From a virus (taxonomy: Duplodnaviria > Caudoviricetes), in the IMG/VR virus record IMGVR_UViG_3300011417_000010, positions 1 through 62,568 of that record: a stretch of DNA of 62,568 nt; one strand, written 5' to 3'. The notes beneath the pieces were generated by a model that was not told the DNA's origin, did no database searches, and saw only the letters and a list, made by a program, of their open reading frames with translations. A program made the translations under genes and the position numbers. Every line of letters starts with the position of its first letter. The first letter of the stretch is position 1. Positions 18,389-27,616 of this stretch are shown piece by piece.

Positions 18389-19591
18389 CTACTCGTAGTC
18401 CCGGATACCTTTCCCGATGGGAAAACGGGGCTTGCCGTCCGCGGTCAGGTTCTGGTACTTGACAGTCAAATCCTTGCCGATGAAGTCTTTCTTCGCGAAC
18501 AACTTGCGTCGGTAGTCGTAGCTCGCCTTCAGGCGCGCACCGAACCCGCGGGGGTCATTCCTGCCGGCCAGGATGTTCTCGACGATCTTGTCGCAGTCCG
18601 CCACATTCACGCCTGGCATGGCGCAGATGAACTTGGCGACCGTGCCGGTGTCCTTGCCGCGCCCGTCCGAGAACCCGATGATGACGTACTCGCCGTCCTT
18701 CCAGGTCTTCAGCTTCTGCAGGTGCCGCGAGCGTCGCCCCTCCTCGTAGGGACCGTCGTTGCGGACCATGGTCCCCTCGAACTCGTCCGCGAGGTTGTCC
18801 TCGTGGTGCTTCCAGATCTCCGTGTCGTCGACCGCGATGCGCGTGGGGACGAGTTTCAGTGGGCTGGCGTGGTCGACCTTCTCGAACAACTCCACCAGCT
18901 CGCCCCAGCGCTCTGAGAATGGACCCCTGTTCGACGGAAGGTCGTAGATCCAGTACTCCACGACCTCGTGACCGGGCACTGGTGCGGGTGGGCGCATCAG
19001 GGACATCAGGTCCTCGAAGTTGTCGCGGTAGTTGTGGTTGTACATCTCGCCGTCGAGTACCAGGGCCTTGTCGCCGAACGCCTCGCGTACGGCCGCCACG
19101 ATGTGGGGCATCGACCCGATGGTCTTGCGCGTGCGGGTCCAGAGTGCCCCGTCCTTGCTGATGCAGCGGTTGCCGTCCAGCTTGGGTTGGGTGAATACCG
19201 GGAAGACCAGGTCCTTCTTGTAGTGGGGATAGATATCGCTCGGAGCCAACATCGGCTCGATCCCACCCTTGATGATGGACTCGTCCACCTTGCCAGCCTC
19301 GGCGTCGGCCAGGCTCTCGACGTAGCCCTTCTTCTTCTGCTTGGTCCATTTCGCGGCGGCTTCTTTCTCGGCCTGCTCGTATGCGGAGGTCTCGTTCGCC
19401 TTGCCAGGGTTTTTTCCCTCCGAGACTACATCATGAGTGAATTGAAGCTTGCCTCCGACCTGGCCGTGAAGGGTGTTGATCCGCCCCGCGGTGATACCAC
19501 CGAAAGCTTGTGGCATCGCCTCGACAGAGATGGTCCACTGTTGGATGGCGCCCGTGTTGGTCTTCTGGTAGAGGGTCGGGAAGGTCTTCAT
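18389..19591 (-). CDS. ATP-dependent DNA ligase with WGR-like N-terminus
   Basis: QPKLDGNRC (motif I), LDGEMY, FEGTMVR, LQKLK, TVKYQNLTADGKPRFP. Confidence 0.9.
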   Translation of the reverse strand: MKTFPTLYQKTNTGAIQQWTISVEAMPQAFGGITAGRINTLHGQVGGKLQFTHDVVSEGKNPGKANETSAYEQAEKEAAAKWTKQKKKGYVESLADAEAGKVDESIIKGGIEPMLAPSDIYPHYKKDLVFPVFTQPKLDGNRCISKDGALWTRTRKTIGSMPHIVAAVREAFGDKALVLDGEMYNHNYRDNFEDLMSLMRPPAPVPGHEVVEYWIYDLPSNRGPFSERWGELVELFEKVDHASPLKLVPTRIAVDDTEIWKHHEDNLADEFEGTMVRNDGPYEEGRRSRHLQKLKTWKDGEYVIIGFSDGRGKDTGTVAKFICAMPGVNVADCDKIVENILAGRNDPRGFGARLKASYDYRRKLFAKKDFIGKDLTVKYQNLTADGKPRFPIGKGIRDYE

Positions 19592-19821
19592 TTGCACACC
19601 TTGAAGAAACGAGTGATGTCTCCGCTTGGGGTCGAGATCAGGCACCTAACGCGCTCTTCGTCGTCGTTGCACTCCAGGACGGTGCCGAACTTCGCGGCCC
19701 GCTCTTCGGGCGGTTGGCACGGGTACTTGTGGGCGCAGCCGCCAAACAGTATCGCGGCAAGGACGGCCAGCGTTGTAATGGTGACGATGAGACGGCCGTA
19801 AAGCACGACCTTGCGTGTCAC
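19588..19821 (-). CDS. Small lipoprotein
   Basis: Hydrophobic N-terminus ending FGGC; coupled starts and stops. Confidence 0.55.
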   Translation of the reverse strand: MTRKVVLYGRLIVTITTLAVLAAILFGGCAHKYPCQPPEERAAKFGTVLECNDDEERVRCLISTPSGDITRFFKVCK

Positions 19822-20606
19822 TCGCGGACGTCCCCGAACTGGACAGCCATCGCGTCTTCCACGCGGCTGTACAGGTCGTCGATCGTCGAGTCGTTCATGA
19901 TGGTGTCAGTATAGAAGTGATCCGGGATGCCGTCAAGCTCTTTCTCGCTGCGGTGCCCAGCGATCCCTGCCCTCATCTCCTCCTGGTTGGGGCGGTCGAT
20001 ACGGAACGCTGCCCCGTCTGCGAAGCGCACGCCCAAGATCTCGTTCCGGAAGCGACCGTCCGTGATGATTGCGTAGTCGTACGCAGCGGAGGGCGTCGCC
20101 TTCAGGCCGAACTCGCGCGTGTAGGTGTACCCGCCCTCCACGAGGGCGCGGCAGCGGCCCAGGGCGCAGTTGATCCACATCGAGGGAGACTGCTGGCGGC
20201 CCCACTCGGTGCCGAGGCTCTGCAGGACCGTCCGGGCCGAGATGCCGCCGTCGCGGTCGACGGCCTGCGTGACGTATGTCCTGAGCCAGGTCCTCAGATG
20301 GCCAAGGTCCCCATCGGGCAGGCCGACGTCACGCAGGAAGTCCCTCATAATCTGGTCGCGCTGGCCGTAGTGAGAGGAGTCCATCGGGTTGAACACCTTC
20401 AGCTCTGAGGCTGGGATCACCTTGTTGCGCTCCGCGCTCGGTCCCCACAGCTGTTCGGTCGTGAACCCGACGAGTTCCTTGGCGAAGCGCTTCATGGGAT
20501 CGGCCAGGGCGATGGTGACGCCGTTGAAGGTCTGGGCGATGTGGGCTGCGGCGGTGTCCTTACCAGAACCGGCCTTGCCGGAAACGATGATGATGGGCGT
20601 GGGCAT
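19818..20606 (-). CDS. Deoxynucleoside monophosphate kinase
   Basis: GKAGSGKDT P-loop, ADPMK, LQSLGTEWGR, ITDGRFRNE, HRSE. Confidence 0.9.
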   Translation of the reverse strand: MPTPIIIVSGKAGSGKDTAAAHIAQTFNGVTIALADPMKRFAKELVGFTTEQLWGPSAERNKVIPASELKVFNPMDSSHYGQRDQIMRDFLRDVGLPDGDLGHLRTWLRTYVTQAVDRDGGISARTVLQSLGTEWGRQQSPSMWINCALGRCRALVEGGYTYTREFGLKATPSAAYDYAIITDGRFRNEILGVRFADGAAFRIDRPNQEEMRAGIAGHRSEKELDGIPDHFYTDTIMNDSTIDDLYSRVEDAMAVQFGDVRE

Positions 20607-20628
20607 GGGTCTCTCCTTGCCCCATTCT

Positions 20629-20666
20629 TAGCGAATCTGGCGACTCCGGATCGCCAGTGTAATCTA
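20629..20666. promoter_or_regulatory. Divergent control region: AGATTCGCTA (minus), CTGGCGA/TCGCCAG palindrome, AATCTA (plus)
   Basis: Both motifs point at their flanking genes; 7-bp inverted repeat at 20637-20657. Confidence 0.55.
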
Positions 20667-20672
20667 CCTTAC

Positions 20673-21065
20673 GTGATCTCCTTCGACAAGAAGAACTACG
20701 CGAAGAATCAAGCGTTATACTTCGCCGGCCGGGTCGTATGGTTCCAGGAGGTCGAAGGGGGCGCCAAGAAGCTCGGGCGGGTGGTCGGCTACTACTACGA
20801 CATGGCCCAGATCCTCGTGGAGGTGGCGGGTACGACGCCCATCCAGTACGAGATCGACCCCAGTGGTCACGTGTTCACCATAGTGGTGAGGGCCCTTGAC
20901 ATGTCCAGTCCGTTCTGCTCCATCGACGTGTTCCTGCTGGACACGCGCTCGCCCAGCAGGTCGCCCCGGTACCCCCACGACTGCCCCAGGTGCCTGAACC
21001 CAGCCCTGATCATCTTCCGCACCGTCGAGTGCACGAACTTCAGCTGCCCCAACTACGTCCGATAG
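20673..21065 (+). CDS. Hypothetical protein with C-terminal zinc ribbon
   Basis: GTG 6 nt after AATCTA; CPRC..CTNFSC. Confidence 0.55.
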   Translation: MISFDKKNYAKNQALYFAGRVVWFQEVEGGAKKLGRVVGYYYDMAQILVEVAGTTPIQYEIDPSGHVFTIVVRALDMSSPFCSIDVFLLDTRSPSRSPRYPHDCPRCLNPALIIFRTVECTNFSCPNYVR

Positions 21066-21084
21066 CGGCAATCTTCAGGGTATC

Positions 21085-23112
21085 ATGGACGTTTACGTGT
21101 GCTGGGACGGTGACAAGATCGGCCGCAGGGTCGGGCGCGCTGTTTTGGGCAACGACGTCGGCGAAGTTCGCCGCGTGGACCAGGCCATCAACGCCGGGAA
21201 CGAGTTGTGGCGCAACTACGCCGTGAACAACGGCGGCTCGATCATCGAGATCGGTGGCGACGAGGGTCGCATCTCTGTTGATGCGTCCAAGCTGGCCGGT
21301 ATCCCCCAGGTCGCTGACCAGTACGCTCAGACCGTGGGCGCGACCGTGAGCGTGGGTATCGGCATGAAGCTCTCCGAGAGCGCGCAGGCTCTGATGGTCG
21401 CGAAGCTGCGCGGTGGGAACCATACGCTCGTCTGGGATAAGTCGATGCAGCCCGAGTACGACCAGGCCGCCAACCCGACGAAGACGGAGACGGACAAGCT
21501 CCACGAGGAGTACCTCGGGAAGGCCGCCAACGGCACCGCAGCGCCGAAGACGCAGACGGCAGGCGGTGAGGACGTCTCCCTCGTGCTCGCGCACAACACT
21601 AAGAAGCTCACCGGCCCGAACGCGGGGTTCTCGGTCCAGCACAAGCCAGGGTTCACCGACCAGAAGCCCTCCCAGGCTGCTGGAGCGCCTGAAAGTGCCT
21701 CCGACCCGAGCGCACCCGCCCCGCAGATGTCCAGCTCGTCCTCTTCGAGTCCCGACTTCGAGGGCCAGCTCCACGACGCGGCTCAGGGTCAGTCAGTCAC
21801 GGACGCGCAGTCATCCGACGCGTCGAAGGCGGACAACGACCAGCTCAAGAAGAAGCTCACCGACGCCCTGAAGAAGATCCGTGAGAACCTCCCGCTCATC
21901 GCGCAGATCCAGCAGCGCTCGCCGGAGGCCTACAAGGCAATCCTCGGTCTCGTCCAGGGTGTTATCGTGCTCGGGAAGCAGTTCATGAGCGCCCCGACGC
22001 CCGACGAGGAGCCGCAGCACATGAAGGAGGCTCTGGGCAAGGCTGAGGAGCCCCTGGAGAAGACCCAAGGTATGCCGACCTTCCCCAAGCTGGGTCTCGG
22101 CGACAACCGTCGCGAGACGCCGATTATCAGCACTCAGGGGGAGCTGAAGACGAAGACGGCGTCTATGAATGCCCACGCTGCTCGCGTGGAACCCACCGCT
22201 GCTCGTATGACGCCCGAGCAGGCTGGTAAGTCGGCAGCAGGATATACGAGTACCGTTCCGGGATCGCGCGTTTCGTACTCGCTCGACAACTCCCTCAGGG
22301 AGGCGCACGGCATGTCGGGTCCGCACGTGAGTCAGTTCAGTAATATGATTCACCAGCATCCCAACGCACCGCTGGCGACGCAGGAGCACGAGAACTTCCA
22401 CATGATGATGAATCGTGTGCAGGAGAAATACGGGCCTGAGGCGCGTAAGACTCTGGCTCGCGGTCTCTACCACTCGATCCCGGATGTGGATCGCAAGGCC
22501 GTCGATACCTTCACGGGCGCGCGCTCGCCGATGCACCCGTCACATCCCTACCTCCACGAGGAGAAGCTGGCCGTGCTGCACAACTACCTGAACAACCCAG
22601 GCGAGAGGCAGGCGTTTCACACGTACTTCAAGAACACGCCCGAGCAGGCCCAGGCGTTCGACTCTGCCATCAAGCGCGCTCACCGCCGCGTCCAGGAGGT
22701 TGCGCAGACCGTCGATGAAAAGTACCTGATGCCGCCTACGATGAAATCGGAGATGAGCGCGGAGTCCGACGAGTGCCCGAAGTGCGGCCACAAGGAGTTC
22801 ATCCCGCACAAGGACGGCAGCAAGACCTGCAAGGGCTGCTTCAAGGACTACAGCTTGGCGAAGGGCGACGTCTCTGGCGAGCTGCAGATGGCTGCGGCGG
22901 AGCTTCCGTCAGCTGGCTCTCCTGAGGACAAGCGAGCCCTGAAGCTACCGATGGGCGCCCTCGTCGACGGCAAGGTCAAGGTCAAGCACTCTGACGGCAC
23001 CGCTGGCTGGAAACAGGTTCAGTCTGGCATGATCCAGGCCCAAGACCCGGGCGTCCCGCTCTATGGGGCGAACAGTCACCCGGTCTCCTCTCGCGAACCC
23101 TCGTCCAACTAA
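21085..23112 (+). CDS. Multidomain protein: mCpol (minimal CRISPR polymerase-like cyclase) + HExxH metallopeptidase-like + zinc ribbon
   Basis: YVCWDGDKIGRRV..IGGDEG..TVSVGIG is the mCpol pattern; HENFH; CPKC..CKGC; LGKAA, LGKAE, TMKSE separators; AATCTT upstream. Confidence 0.7.
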   Translation: MDVYVCWDGDKIGRRVGRAVLGNDVGEVRRVDQAINAGNELWRNYAVNNGGSIIEIGGDEGRISVDASKLAGIPQVADQYAQTVGATVSVGIGMKLSESAQALMVAKLRGGNHTLVWDKSMQPEYDQAANPTKTETDKLHEEYLGKAANGTAAPKTQTAGGEDVSLVLAHNTKKLTGPNAGFSVQHKPGFTDQKPSQAAGAPESASDPSAPAPQMSSSSSSSPDFEGQLHDAAQGQSVTDAQSSDASKADNDQLKKKLTDALKKIRENLPLIAQIQQRSPEAYKAILGLVQGVIVLGKQFMSAPTPDEEPQHMKEALGKAEEPLEKTQGMPTFPKLGLGDNRRETPIISTQGELKTKTASMNAHAARVEPTAARMTPEQAGKSAAGYTSTVPGSRVSYSLDNSLREAHGMSGPHVSQFSNMIHQHPNAPLATQEHENFHMMMNRVQEKYGPEARKTLARGLYHSIPDVDRKAVDTFTGARSPMHPSHPYLHEEKLAVLHNYLNNPGERQAFHTYFKNTPEQAQAFDSAIKRAHRRVQEVAQTVDEKYLMPPTMKSEMSAESDECPKCGHKEFIPHKDGSKTCKGCFKDYSLAKGDVSGELQMAAAELPSAGSPEDKRALKLPMGALVDGKVKVKHSDGTAGWKQVQSGMIQAQDPGVPLYGANSHPVSSREPSSN

Positions 23113-23934
23113 ATGTTCAACATCAACGTCGACATCTCCGAGCTGAACGACCTGCTCGAAGTTGCGCCGGCACTGAAGAGGGTCGCTGATGAGGCCGCGC
23201 AGGATCTCGTCACGATGATCAAGGCGAAGGCGCAGGAGATCGCTGCGCAGAAGCTGCACTCACGCCTCAAAATGTACAACGACGCGTTGTTCATCGAGCG
23301 TGTAGACGACGACGCGTGGTTCGTCGGCATCCGCAAGGGCGCGCGCTGGATTGACGATGGGCAACCGGCTTGGGAGATGCTCCCGTACTTGATGGGCAGC
23401 AAGAAAGCTAAGCGCGCGAAGGATGGCTCGCGCTACGTCGTCATCCCGTTCAACAAGGGGCCGGGTACGGGTGGCGCAGCCACCTCGACGCAAGCCCAGC
23501 AAGACCTCGTCGGTGCCGTCAAGAAGGAGTTGAAGGCTCGCGGCATCCCGTTCGGAAAATTCGAGAAGGACGCCCAGGGGAATGACCGCATGGGCCGCCT
23601 CCACACGTTCAACATCACCAACGCCCCCAAGAAGAGGGACCCCGGCCCGGGTCAGCGCCGTGGTCCCACGGGCGAGGTTATGCAGGGGAACACCGGCACG
23701 CCATTCCTCACGGGCGTGACCATCTACCAGGCTAAGGGCAAGAACGGGAAGACCCAGCGCTCGATCCTTACCTTCCGCATCGCCTCAGACCGACACTCTT
23801 CTGAGGCGAAGTGGGAGCACCCCGGCAACGCGCCCACGAACATCTTGGAGCAGGCAGCCGAAGAGGCTGTCGAGATGTGGTCCAAGGAGATCGCCCCCGA
23901 CATCATCGACAAGGCGATCAGGGACGAGGGCTAG
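23113..23934 (+). CDS. Putative neck / tail-completion protein
   Basis: DGSRYVVIPF, LTFRIASD..WEHPG motifs as in large-myophage morphogenesis proteins. Confidence 0.55.
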   Translation: MFNINVDISELNDLLEVAPALKRVADEAAQDLVTMIKAKAQEIAAQKLHSRLKMYNDALFIERVDDDAWFVGIRKGARWIDDGQPAWEMLPYLMGSKKAKRAKDGSRYVVIPFNKGPGTGGAATSTQAQQDLVGAVKKELKARGIPFGKFEKDAQGNDRMGRLHTFNITNAPKKRDPGPGQRRGPTGEVMQGNTGTPFLTGVTIYQAKGKNGKTQRSILTFRIASDRHSSEAKWEHPGNAPTNILEQAAEEAVEMWSKEIAPDIIDKAIRDEG

Positions 23935-24272
23935 GAGCGGCCGGCGGCCTCGTCGTCTTCGGTGTCCCGCTCGATGTGATTTCGCAGTGTCAGGGTCGCC
24001 GAGTGGGCGATGTCGATCATGTCGGCTGTGCTGAACTTGTCCGTAGGGTTGGCGGCGTTGAAAGCCCGGCCGATCTTCTCCAGCTCGGCGATGATGTGGC
24101 GAATTCCGATGTGCAGCCACTCCATCCGGTAGTGCTCTGGTTCTCTCCCGGCCTCGATTTCCTCGTGGATGTAGTTCCGGAGCCTGATGCCGATGGCGAG
24201 CCGGTTCTTCTCGCTGGCGAGCACCTTGTGGAACGTCTTGACTGTGAACTGAATCTCGTCGAGGTCGCCCAT
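23931..24272 (-). CDS. Hypothetical protein
   Basis: Fills the intergenic gap on the opposite strand; typical codon usage. Confidence 0.55.
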   Translation of the reverse strand: MGDLDEIQFTVKTFHKVLASEKNRLAIGIRLRNYIHEEIEAGREPEHYRMEWLHIGIRHIIAELEKIGRAFNAANPTDKFSTADMIDIAHSATLTLRNHIERDTEDDEAAGRS

Positions 24273-24304
24273 ACTATTGAGATTGCGGGCACAATCTTTG
24301 AATC

Positions 24305-25312
24305 GTGGCCGAGACGGAAATCAAAGGCATTGCGCAGTCGGATGTCATCATCCGCGCGGCAATCCTGCAAGCTCTCGACAACATCTACAACGACCCGAGG
24401 CTCATCGACCAGGTCTTCCACTCGCTCGAAGAGGACGATCTCACGAAGGACCAGCTGGGTGCGAAGCAGATCGAGATGGCGAAGGACTGGTTCATCAACT
24501 CCCACATCCCGGTCGTGATGAACTTTCGCGCAGCCGAGGAAGCTGTTCCGTGCATCACCATCTCGCTGCAGGACTCGGTCGAGGCGGAGCAGACCCACGG
24601 CGACGTCCACTACGTCACGCAGGAGCCCACCGCAGGTGACTGGCCCGCGCTGACGGACCCTTTCTCGCCCAGGGCGTACTCGCCGACGTCGGGCATCATG
24701 CTCCTTCCCGACGACATCATGGGGGACACGGTTGTGGCGCCTGGGATGGTGGTCGTGACTCGCGCCGGTCGTGAGTACACGATCTTGGAGAACATGGGCG
24801 ATAATGAGATCGCGCTCGCGCCCTACACGAGTGACGACTTCACGAATGCCGTCATCAAGGGCACGACCGATCGCTACGTGACGACAATCGAGAGTGTCGT
24901 GTTCAGGGAGTCGTACCAGATCGGCATCCACGTGCAGAACGAGCCTATGAACCTACTCGTGCTCCACTCAATCTTGAAGTTCGCGCTGCTGAAGTACAAG
25001 CAGGACCTGTTGGAGGCTCGTGGCTTCGAGCGCAGTGTTCTCGCGTCGACCGACTTCCGTCGAAACCAGGAGTTCGACATGGAGCTGGTGTACTCGCGCT
25101 ATATCAACATCACCGGGTACGTTCGCCAGTCCTGGTCGAAGACGACCAAGGAGATGATCGGCGTTGTCAATCTGAAGGCGGAAGACGGCACCGGTCTCAT
25201 CGCTTCCGCCATCGGCGACGACACTACCGGCCGCGAGGACGAGTCGGTGAACGAAGATGGTGGCACTCCCCACGCTGACGACCCCTGGTCTGTGATTCCG
25301 CTGGATATCTAA
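24305..25312 (+). CDS. Putative tail terminator / completion protein
   Basis: PCITISL motif; positioned before the sheath; AATCTT upstream. Confidence 0.55.
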   Translation: MAETEIKGIAQSDVIIRAAILQALDNIYNDPRLIDQVFHSLEEDDLTKDQLGAKQIEMAKDWFINSHIPVVMNFRAAEEAVPCITISLQDSVEAEQTHGDVHYVTQEPTAGDWPALTDPFSPRAYSPTSGIMLLPDDIMGDTVVAPGMVVVTRAGREYTILENMGDNEIALAPYTSDDFTNAVIKGTTDRYVTTIESVVFRESYQIGIHVQNEPMNLLVLHSILKFALLKYKQDLLEARGFERSVLASTDFRRNQEFDMELVYSRYINITGYVRQSWSKTTKEMIGVVNLKAEDGTGLIASAIGDDTTGREDESVNEDGGTPHADDPWSVIPLDI

Positions 25313-25313
25313 C

Positions 25314-25919
25314 ATGTTTCTACTTCGAAAAGATGAGGTCGAGAACCACGACCACGCCATGTACTCCAACACTCCTCCGCAGTTGGAGGGTCACCCGCTC
25401 TTCTCGCGAGGTACCGTCGGCATCGTCTCGGCGGAGAAGCCCAAGTACCTCTCGGCGCCTGGCGGCACCGAGGGCATGAAGGCGGAGCTGAAGAACATGG
25501 GGCTGAACCACACTCCCTCGCACGGTGCGTACGCTGGTGACCGCATGTCGAGCTTCATCGTTCACAACCCGACTCGCGAGCAGATGTACCGCCTCGGCCG
25601 CAAGTTCGGTCAGGAGGCCGTGGTTTACTCGCAGGATGGTAAGCACGAGCTGCTCTATACGCATGGCCCGAACGCAGGCAAGGCTCACCGCTCACTCCCG
25701 TCGGTCCATTTCGGCGAGACGGAGCCCAAAGATTTTCACACGCACCTGCCGGGTGTCGGGTACGTAGGTCTCCACTTCGGGGATCAGATGCACGATACGC
25801 CCGTCAAGTGGACGATGCCGCTGGAACACCAGGCGACCCCCAACGACATGCCCCTGCGAAAGTTCGCCGCGGACCTCACCGAGGTGCTGCGGAAGCTGGT
25901 TCATAAGTACGGATCGTAA
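25314..25919 (+). CDS. DUF3293-like protein
   Basis: GIVSAEKP..GAY..SSFIV..LGRKFGQEAVVY pattern. Confidence 0.5.
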   Translation: MFLLRKDEVENHDHAMYSNTPPQLEGHPLFSRGTVGIVSAEKPKYLSAPGGTEGMKAELKNMGLNHTPSHGAYAGDRMSSFIVHNPTREQMYRLGRKFGQEAVVYSQDGKHELLYTHGPNAGKAHRSLPSVHFGETEPKDFHTHLPGVGYVGLHFGDQMHDTPVKWTMPLEHQATPNDMPLRKFAADLTEVLRKLVHKYGS

Positions 25920-25974
25920 AGCGGTTTTGTTCCGTTTGACACCTCAATCTTCCCCCCACTAACCGGAGACACCC

Positions 25975-27573
25975 GTGGCCGAGACAAAAACCTACACGCC
26001 CCAGGAAGTCATCGCGAAGCTCGCAGTGACTGTCAAGGAGACGTTGACGAAGTTCGAGGGTCAGGTTCAGGAACTCAAGATGCGCGAGTTGCAGCCGAAG
26101 GAGGGGAGGCTGGCGAAGCACGAGCTTTGCCCTCTCTGCGGTGGACCTGATCGGAACGGCGTTTGTGAGTGCCTGACGCTGAAGAAGAATGCCCAGATGG
26201 GCTACGGCTCGGGCGGCCAGAGTCCTCCCACACCTGGCCTTGGCCAGATGGGCGGTGGCGGCGCGATGGCGCAGGCCGAGAAGCCGATGAAGAAGGACTA
26301 CGGCGCTGGCCTCGCCGACACGAGCGCGCTTTCGAAGCACGTGCCGTCTTCGAGCGCTGCCGCGCTCGCTCCGAAGGCTCCCGCTCCGGCGACTCCCATT
26401 CACCAGGTCAACGCGGAGCTGGGCGGTGCGAAGTCGATCGCTCGCAGCCCGGTCGCTCCTGGCGGTAGCTTGGTCATGCCGAAGAAGTTCAGCATCCACG
26501 CCGCGGGTCGCGTAGGCAACCCAGAGCGCTCGGTGTCGGGCATGATCCCGAACGCGAAGGCCGAGAAGGAGATCGCTCAGACTCCGGCTGCCGTCGACAA
26601 GTCGATGCCCGGCACGAAGATGCCGAAGGCCGGCACGAAGATTTCAGCTCCGGGTTCGGGCGGCCAGATCCTCAAGAAGGACGAGGTCGCGTCGAAGCCC
26701 AAGGCGAAGGGCGCGTCGAAGCCCAAGGCGATGGCCGGCAAGGGTGTCGGCGGAAAGCAGCCTGTTGGTCAGGGCGGTGGTGACGCGAAGAAGATCGCTC
26801 CTGCTCCTGCCGCAAAGTCTCGCTTCGCTCCCGCTGCTGGCGCGCCTCCCAAAATGGACGCGCTCAAGGCCGCTGGCAACGCCGAGGTCGGTCGCATGAG
26901 GGGCGTTGCTCCCACGCAGCCCGGCAAGCTCCCGCCTCCGGGTGGGAACTCGGGGCTCCACGGTGCTGTCAAGCCGGCACCGGGTCAGGAATCTTACGAC
27001 GTCGACGTGTCAGACCTCGCGCAGCCCCAGCACGCCCCCGCGGGCAAAGGCCCTGCTGCCGCGATGAGCGCACGTCTCAAGTCGCCCGCGGCTCAGGCCC
27101 GCGCCACGGTTGCCGCTCCTCAGGCCGCTCGTCACGACGCCACGAACCTCGCTGCCGACAAGAAAGCTGGCGGAGTGGGCTTCCTGAACGCCCTGATTGC
27201 GAAGTTCCGCGGACCTCAGCCCGACATGGCCGGTGCTCTTGCGCCTCAGCGTTCGCAGCAGGGCCAGACGTCGAGCAAGCGTTTCCACGGTGCTCTCCCG
27301 CTTCGACGCAGCGAGAAGCCGGTCGCACCGAAGATCCACGTGCGCGACACGGGGGACAAGATGGACACCCTCTTCGGCCCCGAGCCGAAAGTTCTTCACC
27401 CTTCCGACAAGAAGCCCAAGCCCATGAGCAAGGGTGAAATGGCCCTCTCCAAGATGGGCAAATGCGCCATGTGCAGCAAGGCGGAGCACAACGGTATGTG
27501 CAAGGGCATGAACTCGTCGAATCACAACCGCACGATGCTCTCGATTGATCCTCGCGGCAAGAAGTCCCGCTAA
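25975..27573 (+). CDS. Basic low-complexity protein, putative internal head protein
   Basis: K/A/P/G-rich; small Cys clusters at both ends; many LxK motifs; GGAG RBS and AATCTT upstream. Confidence 0.6.
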   Translation: MAETKTYTPQEVIAKLAVTVKETLTKFEGQVQELKMRELQPKEGRLAKHELCPLCGGPDRNGVCECLTLKKNAQMGYGSGGQSPPTPGLGQMGGGGAMAQAEKPMKKDYGAGLADTSALSKHVPSSSAAALAPKAPAPATPIHQVNAELGGAKSIARSPVAPGGSLVMPKKFSIHAAGRVGNPERSVSGMIPNAKAEKEIAQTPAAVDKSMPGTKMPKAGTKISAPGSGGQILKKDEVASKPKAKGASKPKAMAGKGVGGKQPVGQGGGDAKKIAPAPAAKSRFAPAAGAPPKMDALKAAGNAEVGRMRGVAPTQPGKLPPPGGNSGLHGAVKPAPGQESYDVDVSDLAQPQHAPAGKGPAAAMSARLKSPAAQARATVAAPQAARHDATNLAADKKAGGVGFLNALIAKFRGPQPDMAGALAPQRSQQGQTSSKRFHGALPLRRSEKPVAPKIHVRDTGDKMDTLFGPEPKVLHPSDKKPKPMSKGEMALSKMGKCAMCSKAEHNGMCKGMNSSNHNRTMLSIDPRGKKSR

Positions 27574-27616
27574 CCCCACAAGACACAATCTTTCCTAACG
27601 ACGGAGATAGCTTAAA

